Below are positions 1-12,680 of a DNA stretch of 64,000 bases, in pieces. Each line of letters opens with the position of its first letter. Position 1 is the stretch's first letter. This DNA comes from Rotaria socialis (lineage: Eukaryota), in assembly GCA_905331295.1 (NCBI GenBank), contig CAJNYD010000459.1, positions 1 through 64,000 on the forward strand, given 5' to 3'. The notes under the pieces were generated by a model. The model made no database searches and was not told the DNA's origin. It was given only the letters and a program-made list of their open reading frames with translations. Made by a program: the position numbers and the translations under genes.

Positions 1-345
1 TTAAGTAAAGTGGACATTTTCTGGATCTTTGCCAGCCCTCTCCTGTTTTATACATGAACTGCCAGTTTTATTGGACTCTCGCACATATCCTTCTTTACAA
101 AAGCATCCAGTACTACACATAGCTATACAAATATCAGGCTTGTAAGTACACGTGCTGATACAAGGCGAATCGCAAGTTTTGAAGATTTCATTTTGACCAC
201 ATACAAGTCCTGTGTTTTATTATAAATGTAAAACAAAGTTTCATAGAGTGAAATTTATTCAATTCTCAATTATAGTACCTTCGTCTTGGACAGTAACGAC
301 CGTCACCAACAGTAACAAGAAGCATGTATACAAAAGAAAGGCCAT
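1..345 (-). CDS. Secreted TIL (trypsin inhibitor-like cysteine-rich) domain peptide, 2 exons (345-279, 209-1)
   Basis: Manual translation: MAFLLYTCFLLLLVTVVTVQDEG|LVCGQNEIFKTCDSPCISTCTYKPDICIAMCSTGCFCKEGYVRESNKTGSSCIKQERAGKDPENVHFT*. Signal peptide, phase-1 GT-AG intron 278-210, TIL pattern C..NE.F..C...C..TC...GC.C..GYVR. Not in the ORF track. Confidence 0.85.
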
Positions 346-623
346 AGTTTAGTTTTGGTAATCGCAATAGTGAATGAATAGACGCACTAGAACACGTTTG
401 TGAATATGATGGTAGTATTTATGTATAATCTCTTGAAAATGAATCGATCAAATTTAAGTGAAATGCAAGTAGATATCACTTTAAAAAGTTATTAGCGTAA
501 TCTCTGCGACATTAAAAAGGTGAAACATGATCTATCTATTGCTGCTACCCATCTAAAATCTGATCTTTTATTTTGCATATATTCTTTTATTAAATTTGCA
601 AATCTTATTCAAATGTAAGTATT

Positions 624-998
624 TCAATATTGTATGTCCGTGATGGTAATACCAATACCATGATTTTTAGCACTATCTTTAAACCAATTTTCCACCTGTT
701 TTTGTTCATCAGTGAAGATCATATATCCAGCAGGATTGGATAAAATAGCTTGACATTTATTGGCCACATAATAAATATCAGGATAGCTTGATATAATTGA
801 AAAATGTGCGTGAAAACCAGAATAGCCTAATGGACTATCGAGTTGATAAGGACCTCCGCCATTTTCAGTTATTTTCGGTAACGTATCCATTAATTTACTT
901 AACTGATGCCATTCTTCAGTTGATAACTGCCAACGTGGATTTGGACGACCAGAATAAACCATTATTGAAGCATAGGGATTGAAATTTTCTTGCTGCAT
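624..998 (-). CDS. Intronless hypothetical protein (~124 aa), bacterial-like
   Basis: ORF 624..1037 with first ATG at 998 (MQQENFNP). Motifs YSGRPNPRWQL and LGYSGF recall an uncharacterised bacterial family (xSGRPNPxW...LGYRG); this is from recollection and was not searched. Confidence 0.6.
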   Translation of the reverse strand: MQQENFNPYASIMVYSGRPNPRWQLSTEEWHQLSKLMDTLPKITENGGGPYQLDSPLGYSGFHAHFSIISSYPDIYYVANKCQAILSNPAGYMIFTDEQKQVENWFKDSAKNHGIGITITDIQY

Positions 999-1474
999 TA
1001 AATGATATCTTATAAGAACAGAATAAGAAAATAACAATATTTATTTAAATGAAGTTTCTCGGTCTGTGTGAATCGAGTTAAGGTAAGATGAAAAAGAGAG
1101 ATAAAATGTATCTTCACAAGGCTATTTACGATAACAGTGGCACAAAACAATAATTAAACGAATATCTGTAGCTACTACAACATATTTCGACTTGTCCAGG
1201 TCAATCGTTCCGATCACCGGATACTGCAAGATGTGTGGTGTGTATGACATTCCAACACACCCACACCCTAGTTTTTTTCCCTTCCAGACAGATGTCGCCT
1301 TCAATGCATGCGCTATTCGTGTACCTGATTGACGAATACAAATCGTATGGTTTGGCTAGGATACATACATGACGAAAATTTCGTAAAACTGCAAATCTTA
1401 CATCAGCTCATCATTCATCGTGTATTTCCCTTTTCCATTTTCATTAGTCAAGTCTTCTACATTCTTCTCATCAG

Positions 1475-1527
1475 TTGTCGAATCTTCTAGATTGTATTAC
1501 AAAGTTTTCATCAAAATGCTATATAAA
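1475..1527 (+). promoter_or_regulatory. Heat-shock element and TATA box of the Hsp70 gene
   Basis: cGAAtcTTCtaGAt at 1479-1492 matches nGAAnnTTCnnGAAn with one mismatch. TATATAAA at 1520-1527, ~70 nt upstream of the ATG. Confidence 0.6.
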
Positions 1528-1592
1528 CCACCTTCAAAACTCATGATCAACATAATTAAGCAATCCAAATATTTCCTTGTCACCAAACAAAC

Positions 1593-3494
1593 ATGTCTCG
1601 CGCTATTGGTATTGATTTAGGTACAACATATTCATGTGTTGGTGTATTTCAACATGGTAAGGTTGAAATTATTGCTAATGATCAAGGTGATCGAACAACA
1701 CCCTCCTATGTTGCATTCACGGATAGTGAACGTTTAATTGGTGGTGCAGCTAAAAATCAAGTGGCTATGAATCCAATCAATACAATCTTTGATGCTAAAC
1801 GACTAATTGGTCGTAAATTTGACGATTCAACTGTACAGTCCGATATGAAACACTGGCCATTTAAAGTAATTAATGATAGTGGAAAACCAAAAATTCAAGT
1901 TCATTATAAAAATGAAACAAAATTATTTACACCAGAAGAAATTTCATCAATGGTACTAACGAAAATGAAAGAAACTGCAGAAACTTATCTTGGCCAAAAA
2001 GTTATAGATGCTGTTGTTACTGTTCCAGCTTATTTCACTGATGCACAACGGCAAGCAACAAAAGATGCTGGTACCATTGCTGGTCTCAATGTCTTACGTA
2101 TTATAAATGAACCAACAGCAGCAGCCATGGCTTATGGTTTAGATAAAAAAGCATCAGGGGAAAAAAATGTTCTTATATTTGATTTGGGTGGTGGTACATT
2201 TGATGTATCTGTACTCATTATTGATAATGGCGTTTTTGAAGTTAAATCAACGGCTGGTAATACACATTTAGGTGGTGAAGATTTTGATAATCGTATGGTT
2301 ACACATTTTATACAAGAATTTAAAAGAACAACTAAAAAAGATATGTCACAAAATGCACGTGCAATTCGACGTTTACATACGGCATGTGAACGAGCTAAAC
2401 GCACATTATCAGCATTATCTCAAACAACAATCGAAATCGATTCACTTCATGAAGGTCATGATTTTTATGCAACAATAACACGAGCTCGCTTTGAAGAACT
2501 GTGTGCTGATCTATTTCGTTCAACACTCGAACCAGTTGAACAAGCATTGCGTGATGCTAAAATGGATAAATCAAATATTAATGAAATAGTACTCGTCGGT
2601 GGTTCAACGCGTATTCCAAAAGTAAAAAAATTACTTCAAGATTTTTTTCATGGTAAAGAACTAAATAATTCGGTTAATCCAGATGAAGCGGTAGCTTATG
2701 GTGCAGCTGTTCAAGCAGCTATTTTAAAAGGTGATAAATCCGATGCAGTTAAAAATGTTCTACTGCTTGATGTTGCACCACTTTCATTGGGTATTGAAAC
2801 AGCTGGTGGTGTTATGGCAGCAGTGATTAAACGTGGTACATCTATTCCATCACGACAAGCACAAACATTCACAACCTATTCAGATAATCAACCTGGTGTT
2901 GATATTAAAGTTTTTGAAGGTGAACGTAAAATGACTAAAGATAATCATTTACTTGGAAATTTTGAAATGACTGGTATTCCACCTGCACCACGTGGTGTAC
3001 CACAAATTGAAGTTACATTTGATATTGGATTTGATGGCATCTTAAATGTATCTGCTGTGGAGAAATCAACTGGTCGAGAGAAAAAAATCGAAATTCGAAA
3101 TGATCAAAATCGATTATCACAAGAACAAATTCAAAGTATGCTTAGCGACGCTGAAAAGTATAAGCAAGAAGATGAATTACAACATGAACGTATAGTAGCG
3201 AAAAATGCACTTGAATCATATTGTTTTAATATGAAATCAAGCATTCAGGATGATAAAATTTCATCGAAACTTTCAGTGGATGATAAAACAAAAATAAATC
3301 AAACAATTGAATCGACATTAGAATGGATAGAATTAAATCGATTGGCTGAAAAGGATGAAATTGAACATAAAATGAGAGAAATCGAAAAAATTTGTTCACC
3401 AATTATGACTAAAATTCATAACAACGATATGCCATCGGATCATAGTACATCGAAATCAAATGGTAATGGTCCAACAATTGAAGAACTTGATTAA
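1593..3494 (+). CDS. HSP70: Cytosolic heat shock protein 70, intronless (probably inducible)
   Basis: 633-aa ORF with [21 protein letters not shown] and [12 protein letters not shown] signatures; ends GPTIEELD. Confidence 0.98.
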   Translation: MSRAIGIDLGTTYSCVGVFQHGKVEIIANDQGDRTTPSYVAFTDSERLIGGAAKNQVAMNPINTIFDAKRLIGRKFDDSTVQSDMKHWPFKVINDSGKPKIQVHYKNETKLFTPEEISSMVLTKMKETAETYLGQKVIDAVVTVPAYFTDAQRQATKDAGTIAGLNVLRIINEPTAAAMAYGLDKKASGEKNVLIFDLGGGTFDVSVLIIDNGVFEVKSTAGNTHLGGEDFDNRMVTHFIQEFKRTTKKDMSQNARAIRRLHTACERAKRTLSALSQTTIEIDSLHEGHDFYATITRARFEELCADLFRSTLEPVEQALRDAKMDKSNINEIVLVGGSTRIPKVKKLLQDFFHGKELNNSVNPDEAVAYGAAVQAAILKGDKSDAVKNVLLLDVAPLSLGIETAGGVMAAVIKRGTSIPSRQAQTFTTYSDNQPGVDIKVFEGERKMTKDNHLLGNFEMTGIPPAPRGVPQIEVTFDIGFDGILNVSAVEKSTGREKKIEIRNDQNRLSQEQIQSMLSDAEKYKQEDELQHERIVAKNALESYCFNMKSSIQDDKISSKLSVDDKTKINQTIESTLEWIELNRLAEKDEIEHKMREIEKICSPIMTKIHNNDMPSDHSTSKSNGNGPTIEELD

Positions 3495-4626
3495 ACAAAA
3501 CAGAACATATCTAATCACCAATGTTTGATCGATTTTTATTTTCTCATAGTAAACGAATATATGAAAAAATACTTACTTTTTTTATTAGAAATAAAATATT
3601 TGAAAAGAGAGTCAACGATTCTCTGACAAAATGACTGAATAGAGAATATATTTTGATGAGCAGTCTCATGATTGATATAGCTAGGTTATTTGCACTATAG
3701 ACAAGCGCCTAGAACACCAATATTTGATTCACACGCTTCATATAATAAAAACTTTCAGCATGTGTTTAACTTGATCATATCTTTCAGTGGAAGGTTAGCG
3801 ACGCTCACATCGTGAAACATCACACTGAAGAAAGTATGCCGGATATTGTGAAAAAACGATAAAAAAGAGCACCTACAAAACTTTGGCGGAATTAAAAATA
3901 TGATCATGAAATCTTGTAAACCGCTGAGCACTTGCTGTCCCATCAGTTTAAATAGTGGGATATATGGCTCAATTTCTGAGACTACGCAGTTCGTACACAG
4001 CATTCACTTGATGATTAAGGCAATAAGCACAGGCAACTTGGATATTTTCATATAGCTGGCATCTACTAAAATAAATGTATCCAAACATAAAATTTACCAA
4101 TATCAATAGGAATACATTTTATGCTCAGTATTATATTCAAGTCTGCAGTAAAACAAATGATGCTCGATAGACATTATGATTGCTCAGATGTAGTTGCATA
4201 ACCTGTTCTCAAGCATCCTCACACCCACTAGAGTCCATCGGATCCGGCTCTGAAAATTTTACTGATGGGGTTTCGATTGACAGAAAAAATTGATTCATAT
4301 ACTATTAATTTATGAGTTATTTTTGAATTTTCGTTCGTGTTATTCAAAAAATCCTTTAATATTTGAGTTCTGGCGTTTGACTATGAGTGAGCGTTGAACT
4401 CTTTGTCTGATCAACACGTGCTAACACTCATACCCATCCTTAGAGTGATACGATAATTGAGAATGGCATACTATTTGCAGTGACGGGACTATAGGTGTAG
4501 ATGAATCATCTCTCTGATGAAATAGATACGAATTTCTTCGAGTCGACTATCGTATACTGACGTCATTTGCAACATGAAAGTCTACCATTAAACATTTCGA
4601 TTAATATTCAAAACGACAAAATACAA

Positions 4627-5078
4627 ATGGCGAAATCATGTTTTAGTGATTTCTTTTCGATTGTTCTATATTTAGCAGGTGGCTGTGCATGCATGCTGTT
4701 CATTCCTTGTGTCGTGCTCGGTTCAACTGAAGCTTCTAATTATGCAAATAATCGAAGCTTTAGGAATGCACATACACATACAACGTGTCTTCTACTCAAT
4801 TATACAGTGTTTAAATATAGATGCCAATCATGTGATCAAGATACATGTAGCTACTACACTTGTTTTGATGAAAATTTCGAATTCTCCTATCCTATTTCCA
4901 ATCAAACAGTAGTCAGAAGTAGATTCAGCAGTATAAGCAAGAAAACTACACACAAGCAGACAGAAGTATAGTTTGATGTTCTTTAATAGTTGCACAATTC
5001 TGATTTCTTTTGTTTTTCTACCAGATTGGTCAGAATTATACTTGTTACTATACTCTAGAACAAAAAAATACTCACTGA
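4627..5078 (+). CDS. Small membrane-anchored Cys-rich protein (loosely KCNMB/BK-beta-like loop), 2 exons (4627-4965, 5025-5078); possibly C-terminally truncated
   Basis: N-terminal hydrophobic helix, Cys-rich loop with several N-glycosylation sequons, 59-nt phase-0 GT-AG intron, last exon IGQNYTCYYTLEQKNTH*. Confidence 0.55.
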
Positions 5079-5877
5079 TAAAGCCATATAAATCAAAAAT
5101 TTCACTAACAAAAATTACTAAAATATTCTATACTTTGCAATTTTTCCAAGAAAATCTTATGTTTTAACAACTGAATTCTATGTAAAACTGTATATTTTTA
5201 TAAGTTGCTAATCGAATGTTAATCTATAAAGAAAGAAACAACTGTTCTTGTGCTTAAGTACAGATGTGAAAACATCCAGTCATAGATGATAATTCGTAAC
5301 AGCGACCGAAAACGAACTGATTTCCCAAGAATGAGGCTGAGGCCGAGCTAATACAAGCTGACTTTCTGAACATTAAGTGGAACCAAACCAAACCGAAACT
5401 ATTATAGTAAAACCCACTTTGTTTCGGTCTCTGACTCTCGTATAATTAAAGGATCGTTTTCAAAAGCTGAGTAAATTATGCTTACCGTATTATTCAAGTT
5501 TGAGATCTAGAAAACCAGACGCGATGGTAATCCAGGTGAACATGAAATTTTAACCGTTTCAGAATAAAAATGTCCAGACATTTTATTGAAAAATATACAA
5601 AAACATCATTCGGATTTCTGGTGATTATATTGTACAGGATAAAAGTTGAACTATTCACGAATATATCGTGAGAATATATTACCTATTAGATAAAACAGAA
5701 AGATAGATATTAATTGTACTCAGCGTTTTTTGTTCTATCTGAAGATGTGATCAGAATTCATGGAACACAATAAAGTTTTCGGAATTGACAGACAGGAAGG
5801 GGGCGCATAAGGTGCCAGTTTTGGACCATCGTTTGTTTCGGTTTGTTTATAGCTCACTAGACGCAGAATTTTACGAG

Positions 5878-6895
5878 CAGGGTCGCCACCTCTTCCGCTT
5901 TTTTCAGCTTTTTCATATAAAAGACTTTCGTTGTTTAATCGAAAACTTAGCCATGCAAGAAACTAGATAACGTGATGTTAGACGAAAATTTCTTGGAAAA
6001 TAATTTTCCTAACGTATAATTTTATACAATTCTTGAAAAATTTTCGCTTCACATGATAGATTTTCCAATAAATTTTTCTAGTGAAACACATTTCGTGTTC
6101 ATTTTGGCCTCCACTATGAAATACATTCACCTGGATTTGAAATGCCAGTGAAGAAAAGAAAATTTCTTTCAAGTTCTTATTCATTTGTTAATATAATAGA
6201 TGAAAGCATAGCCACATTCGACAGCTGAATGTAAAGAACAACATTATCCTCTTAGACTTGTAAAAAGCGAGCTTTATTTTTTGGATTGTACGTTTTTCGG
6301 GCCAATGTTTTAATTTGTGCCAAAAAGGAGTCGCATTCGGCGGCTATATGTGGAAAGGAATATATATTTTTTGTTCTATTACTCTGAAAAATGAGTTTCA
6401 GTTTTTTCGATTGCATCTTTTCGCATAAACTTTTAAAGTGCTGTGCCAAAAAAGAGCCGCCTTCGGTGGTATATTCTCTGCGAAAAATAGTGAACTGACA
6501 GTCGCAATACGGCCATTTCACTATCACAAAACGAACATTTTTTGGGACGATACAAACATTTTCCCTGTATGGCACTTTTAGAAAAGATGAGTAGAAAAAG
6601 AATTGACAGAAAAAATATATTTATTTTTGGACCGGAAATTGTTTATTTTTTCTTCTTGGAGTTCCAGGCCAGGTACGCCCTGATATTTTTTATGAGTTGT
6701 CTATTATGTTGTGGAACTGCGAACAAAGTAGTACTGTGAGCAATAAAACAAAGTTACTTAAACTCTTGGAAATGCGAAAGGTCAGCAAAAAGCAGCTTTC
6801 CGTTTTTTCTATTTTTGTTTTCGCTATTTTCCGTTATTTCCCGCTCTTTTTGATCAAACTTTCCGCTTTTCTCACCTGATGAGGTGGCAACCCTG
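5878..6895. mobile_element. Non-autonomous hAT-like DNA transposon (1018 bp)
   Basis: 15-bp TIRs CAGGGTCGCCACCTC / GAGGTGGCAACCCTG (1 mismatch). Perfect 8-bp TSD TTTACGAG at 5870-5877 and 6896-6903. Subterminal TTCCGCTTTT-like motifs; no transposase ORF. Confidence 0.9.
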
Positions 6896-7585
6896 TTTAC
6901 GAGGCATCGTTTGATACCAAAATTAAGTTATTTTGACAGAGTCTACGAGTAGTTCTGTTCAAAATACTGAGATCCATTTTCGTATATAAAACAAACACAT
7001 ATATAGTATGTTCTCCGATGAGGTATTTCGAATCAAAAATTGTGTCAAATAACTGCTCACTCTCTACTCAATCTTTGGTGAGAATTTCAGCCCGAACGGT
7101 TGAAACTTCACTGTGTAGTAATGAAAAATCTATCAAGCCCATATCCCAATACAAGATCAATATTTGCATTGAGTTCGAATTCAAACTTATTCATTAAGCT
7201 CTATTCATTCTCCTGGCAAGATCATTGTGTTAAGGTAACATTATTTCTAACGCCAATATTTTGTTATTATCATCACGCTATGTAATTTTAATTCTAACTT
7301 GAGAGTTCCTTTCCGATGAGAAATTCATCCTTCATATTTCAAAATGAAATTTTTATCTGTACTAATAGATATAATTCAAAAGAATTTCTACTGAGACCAA
7401 TTTTTTCATGGTTGCTTAGGCTTTTTGTAGCAGTTTAACTGATTATCAGATATACACAGACTAAACGATTATTGTCTAGAAGCGATTCATCGTTATTAAA
7501 ATAAAGCAATTGTGCTTTAAGCATACTATTTGGAGAATAAAGTAATCAAATCAAAATTCAAAAGTCGTTAATACACTTGGTTTGC

Positions 7586-10500
7586 TTAAAATGTTGTATA
7601 TAGTTCTGTACTATTCAAAGGTTCGCCATCATAAATTCCTCCAGCAACCAGCACTTTTCCATTCATTAATACGGATGCTGTGTGATCACCTCGTGCACTA
7701 TTCATCCTACCAGTAATTGTCCAAGTTTCTGTTGATGGGCTATACAATTCAGCAGTATCTATAGGATAATGGTCAAATCCACCAGTAACTAATACGTTTC
7801 CATTCGTTAATACGGATGATGTGTGTTTCCACCGCCTATAATTCATGCTACCAGTCATTGCCCACGTTCCTGTTGATGAATCATACAATTCAACAGTGTC
7901 TCGATTAAAATTATAATTCGACCCACCAGCAACCAATACCTTTCCATTCGTTAATACAGATGCTGTGAATTGAATTCGTGTATAATTCATGCTACCAGTA
8001 GTTGCCCAAGTCTCTGTTGATGGGTCATACAATTCACCGCTAAGTAAACGATTAACACCAATGGATCCACCGGCAACTAATACTTTTCCATTCGTTAATA
8101 CGGATACTATGTGTTCAGCTCGTGCATCATTCATAGTACCGGTAGTCGTCCAAGTTTCTGTTAATGGATCGTATAATTCAGTACTATTTAGAAAATCCTG
8201 ATTAATGCGCCCACCAGTGACTAAAACCTTTCCATTCGCCAAAACGGATGCGGTGTGTTCAGTTCGTGCATCACTCATACTACCAGTAGTTGCCCAAGTT
8301 TCTGTTGATGGGTCATATAATTCAGTACTATTTAGAACACCCTGATTACTAAGTCCACCAGTAACTAACACTTTTCCATTTGTTAATACACATGCTGTAT
8401 GTTCAGCACGTGCATTGTTCATGTTGCCAGTGATTGTCCAAGTTTCTGTTGATGGATCGTATAATTCAGTACTATTTAGAAAACCCTGATTGTTAAGTCC
8501 ACCAGTAACTAATACTTTTCCATTCGCCAATACGGATGCTGTGTGTGTTCGTCGTGCATGATTCAGACTGCCAGTTTTAGACCAATCTAAATGAAAAAAT
8601 TTGACTGTCAGAGCCGACCCTTTTAGAAAACTTATTTTTCTCGCAACATATTTAGTTACTTCATTTTGTGGTACCTCAGTACGTGTGGTCTTAAAAAAAA
8701 GTACTATTGATTCTCACTTCTCTAATCTATTATCAAGTGCAATTGATTATCAGGTGGTGATCGAACCTTCCTTCAATTCTATACTTTTGCATAAATACTA
8801 CTATGAAAAAGTAAAAATATTTTGAAACGATACAACGCAGTAGTCTTCGTATTTTTGATAAAGAATCATATATGTGGATGACAGATAAATTAAGTTTGAA
8901 TTTTTTACTTGTCGTTACATTATTTAGACGATTTAATAAACGCTTCTACTATCGATTAAAGTTGTCACAATCAAACTCTTCAGATGAAGAAAGTATGAAG
9001 AGAAACTACCACTGGATACGGCTCCATTATGTGTTTTCCAGTCGCATAATCTCCCTAATCTCTAATTTAAAAAGTGTAAGGTTATTCCTTCAACGAGACA
9101 CGATTTCTTTACTGATCCATTCCGTTTCACAAGTGTAAAGAATCATTGCAAGTATTTTTTATGATGGATGAAAATCGTTTGACTTTGATCCGTTAGGAAT
9201 CGACTATAATAAAGCAAAAAATCAAAGTTATCACTATTTGAATGATTATTTCGATTAAGTACAACTAGGATCTTAAAAGAAAAAAATATGATTGAAATTA
9301 TTTCACTATCATCCTTACCCGCCTTCATCCAAGTGATTTAGACACTGTTTAAAATCGCTGGATCCGATTTAACTTTAGGCCAGCCTGACTCGAATCCGAA
9401 AGGTATTACTTTTACAATAATTGTTTTCCCAATAGAATTCGGAGATGACTTCGGTAATCGCCAAAACCCTTGAGAACAAGTAATCAGTGCTAAAATGAAT
9501 TTTATCCTATCGGATGACCGATATTGAAATAAAGTGCATGCAAGATAAGTTGATTTACTTGTCAAGTAGAAAGAACAAGCAAAACAAACAGAATAACGAG
9601 TGAAGTAGTGACGGTAAATCCTTGCTTCACTATCACTGGTTTATAACGATAAGAAACTGTCATCATTGAAACGGGTACCAGCAGAAAGGTTACCGACTAG
9701 ACCGGTTATGGCCGCTGTTGCCTATCTACATGGGACTGCCTTGTTTTCTGAAAGTGGCATATTGCTCTGAGTGAAATTCACACCATTTCATACGATCTCA
9801 GGGGCTAGTTGGATAGAAGTAAGTCTTTTGCTTTTGTTTTTCAATAAGCAATTATGCGTAAGTAACAATCGTTGTCGAACCTATCTCAAGTACTTTATTC
9901 AAGAACAAATTTAAGAAATCTTTAAAGAAATCTCCACACGTTTCAGGTTACTAGTGCATTAAGGCACTCTGAAATGTTGTGCTTTAAACGAGGGGAAAAC
10001 TCTGCTCACTACCGTTTTTGTTTCTAACCAAAAAAGAAATAGAAGAGAAAGCTAATTTTTTCTTAAAAGCATACTAATCAAGACTCCGTGTTGGGAAGAA
10101 TTAAGTAAAGTTTTTTTCTTCGACTAAATACTATTTTACGGAAAAATAACAAAATTAGGAAAAAAATGACTAGCACATGGCAATAAAAAACACCATGTTT
10201 TTCAAAAAAATTTCATCTGACATGTATTCTCGAATTCCCCCAAAGTATTTGATCATAATTAATTAATTGTTTAGTAGTTTTATATCAATCGATGGTAAAT
10301 GTTTACACACTTCGAGAAACTAAATAACAGTGCTCTTCGATACTAGTAGCCAAATCTATGAATGAACTAGTCAAAAGAAAACTTTTTCAGTGAATTTAGG
10401 AGACCGGATTTTAAGATTATTTTCATTGAGATACAGTGGATCTTGAAGTGCCCTTATAATTTGATGCATTTCTATAGAATCTCATTTCAACGATGCTGGG

Positions 10501-10938
10501 CCTTGGGGAGTCTTAAAGATTTACTAGATCTCAATCTCACTTTGTAAAACGAAATAAACCGCGAAAGTGACGAAAAGTCATCAACATGAACATTACCATT
10601 TTTTCATTTTTTCTCTTATCATCAAGAGTGAATCACTCATGATTTAACAGTAGCATTTAGGAAGGTTAAGAAATGTTACTCCAAACTTTACCTGACTGTG
10701 GAGTAGTGGTAGTCGTTATTGTTGATCTTGATGTTGTTGTGACGGTAGCAGTGGTGATAGTGGTTTCTGACTTCTTCGGTGTAAAAATATAGAATTTTAA
10801 AACCAGAGCGAGAGAAACTACAAGAATCCATAAAACGATGAAAGATATGCCAATGATTTTAACCCGCCGGTCGCTCCACCATTCGAGTGGACTATTATTT
10901 ACAGTAACATTCTCAGCGTACAATTGGCTGTAATGCAT
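7586..10938 (-). CDS. Type II membrane protein: TM + Thr-rich stalk + 7 kelch (galactose oxidase-type) repeats; exons 10938-10692 and 8586-7586
   Basis: Exon 1 (ORF 10666..10938) has a TM helix and TTITTATVTTTS stalk, ending in TCAG|gtaaag (phase 1). Acceptor tttcatttag|AT TGG TCT AAA is phase 1 and in frame with the kelch ORF, which has 7 NG(K/N)VLVxGG repeats. Kelch exon is certain; the link across the 2.1-kb intron is inferred. Confidence 0.8.
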
Positions 10939-12680
10939 ACTATACTTCTCAATAAACTTAAAATTGGAAAAAATAACGAACTGTTATTCAAACCAACTTT
11001 ATATTTGTATATCACTAATAAAAGTAACAAAAGATAAGTATATAATATTATCTCCAGCACGGTAAGTATCGTTATGCTCTGTGTTTTAACATAATAAATT
11101 TTACAGGTGAGCATGATAGCGCAAAACTGTGCTTCCTTCGTAAGTTGCCTCATGGATTGTGGGTTTTGCTGTTCTCCGCCCTTCAATAAAACTCACACTG
11201 TACAAGTAATGTGTCGATATGCGTCTGATTTAATTAAAATATAATTGATAGTAGATCATTCATATAGAAGCGCGAGAAATGTGCACCTATTATTTCTTTT
11301 TCTTTTGTCTTACAGTAACGTATTCTCATTATCAAATAGTTTCAAAAAATGATGTACTGTTTCTGTTCTTATTATTCGGTTGAGATAACAGAGCTGCAGC
11401 TGTATTAACATGCTGTACGATTGTTGTGGCATGCTTTAAAGTGTTTGCGTTTGCACCATCTATCTGTAATGCATTTGTTTTGAAGAACGCATACGAAGAG
11501 CACGCATGGTTAATGAAGGAGAAAAAAATGATGAAAATTTTTCGGGAAGAATATCGACCATGATCACTAATTTTGACAGGCGAAAACATAATTGAACGCA
11601 GAAAATACGATTCATAATCATGAGCATGGGATACCACTCACTAATTCCAGTTTACGAATTGTTTCAATAAATGCTTGAGATGTTGCGAACATATAGTGAG
11701 AATTGTATTGACAAGGAATATTGATACGAAAGCTTGAGATTGTGTGGTAGCACTGCCTAGAAGGTGCATTAGGCAGTGTACGATGTCGAAACGTATTAGC
11801 ACTGTAAATAAAAATAAAAGCAAGACTGCGAAACTTGGGTATGCGTTTTCTTTCGATTCATGCTGACACCCACACCCACAAGTGAATGTGTCGTATTACA
11901 GCCGGATTTTCTCCGCAACTGCTACACGTAAACACGAGACAACTGTATAATGATACATATAAACGCAGTCAAAAAAAATGAGTCCGATTGATTAATAAGT
12001 TGCGACATATTATTTGTCTGTGGTTAATGTTTGCTATTGCTTGAATTCGAGAACACTGATGGTGATGTAAACGAATTATTAGAATGGTTTACTTTCTTTT
12101 GGCGAATTACAAAAAGAAGCCGGCCACGGTACCAAATATTGGAGAATCCCTTTTCACTTATCGACGTTCTTTTTATTAAGAATCTAATTACCACTTAAGC
12201 GAGAAAATAAAGCATCAAGGAATGTAAACATATGACTGTAAAAAAAAGAGAAAAATGAAGAATAATAACAAAAACTTGAAGGAAAACGACTCATTATGAT
12301 TGTAAATCTGATTCTTGCATTTCTTAGTGAATACTATTGATTGAAGAATTTTTAAATGAGTTCCTCATAACTAAGCGTAAAAATGAAATATACACTTAAT
12401 TAGTTCAATAAAACTATCTGATTATCATTTACATATTACGAAGCTAGCGGTGCACTGTCAATTTTATATCTCTTCAGTAGTAGCCTAAATAGTATGGCTT
12501 CCAGATCATCAAAATGATTTAAATACGATATTTAAGGGTGTTGATGTTGTTTAGCAGAATACCCACACTCCATTTGATAAGAGATTTCCTTTTGTTTTGT
12601 TCTTATCTTCACTCACATGATTAATTTTTGTAGAGACTTGCCGGTTACATTTTAATTCTGAGGTTGTTGGTGTAGCTCAA

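Noticed and set aside
2132..2478. Antisense and alternate-frame ORFs within Hsp70 (similarly within the kelch, NHL, tubulin and ART genes)
   Set aside because: Shadow ORFs of real coding sequence.
3755..4075. Minus-strand ORF and an upstream CAYC motif suggesting a LITAF-like relic
   Set aside because: No second CxxC knuckle and the frames are discontinuous.
7586..8586. Regular ~141-bp repeats as a CRISPR-like array
   Set aside because: They are in-frame kelch coding repeats, not repeat-spacer units.
9958..10458. Possible TTAA-flanked element (TAAGGCACTC...AAGTGCCCTTA) in the kelch intron
   Set aside because: Inverted match is short and imperfect, and the TSD is not clean.
11332..11823. 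Two adjacent minus-strand ORFs (101 and 60 aa)
   Set aside because: Non-ATG starts, no recognisable motif and no consistent splice model.
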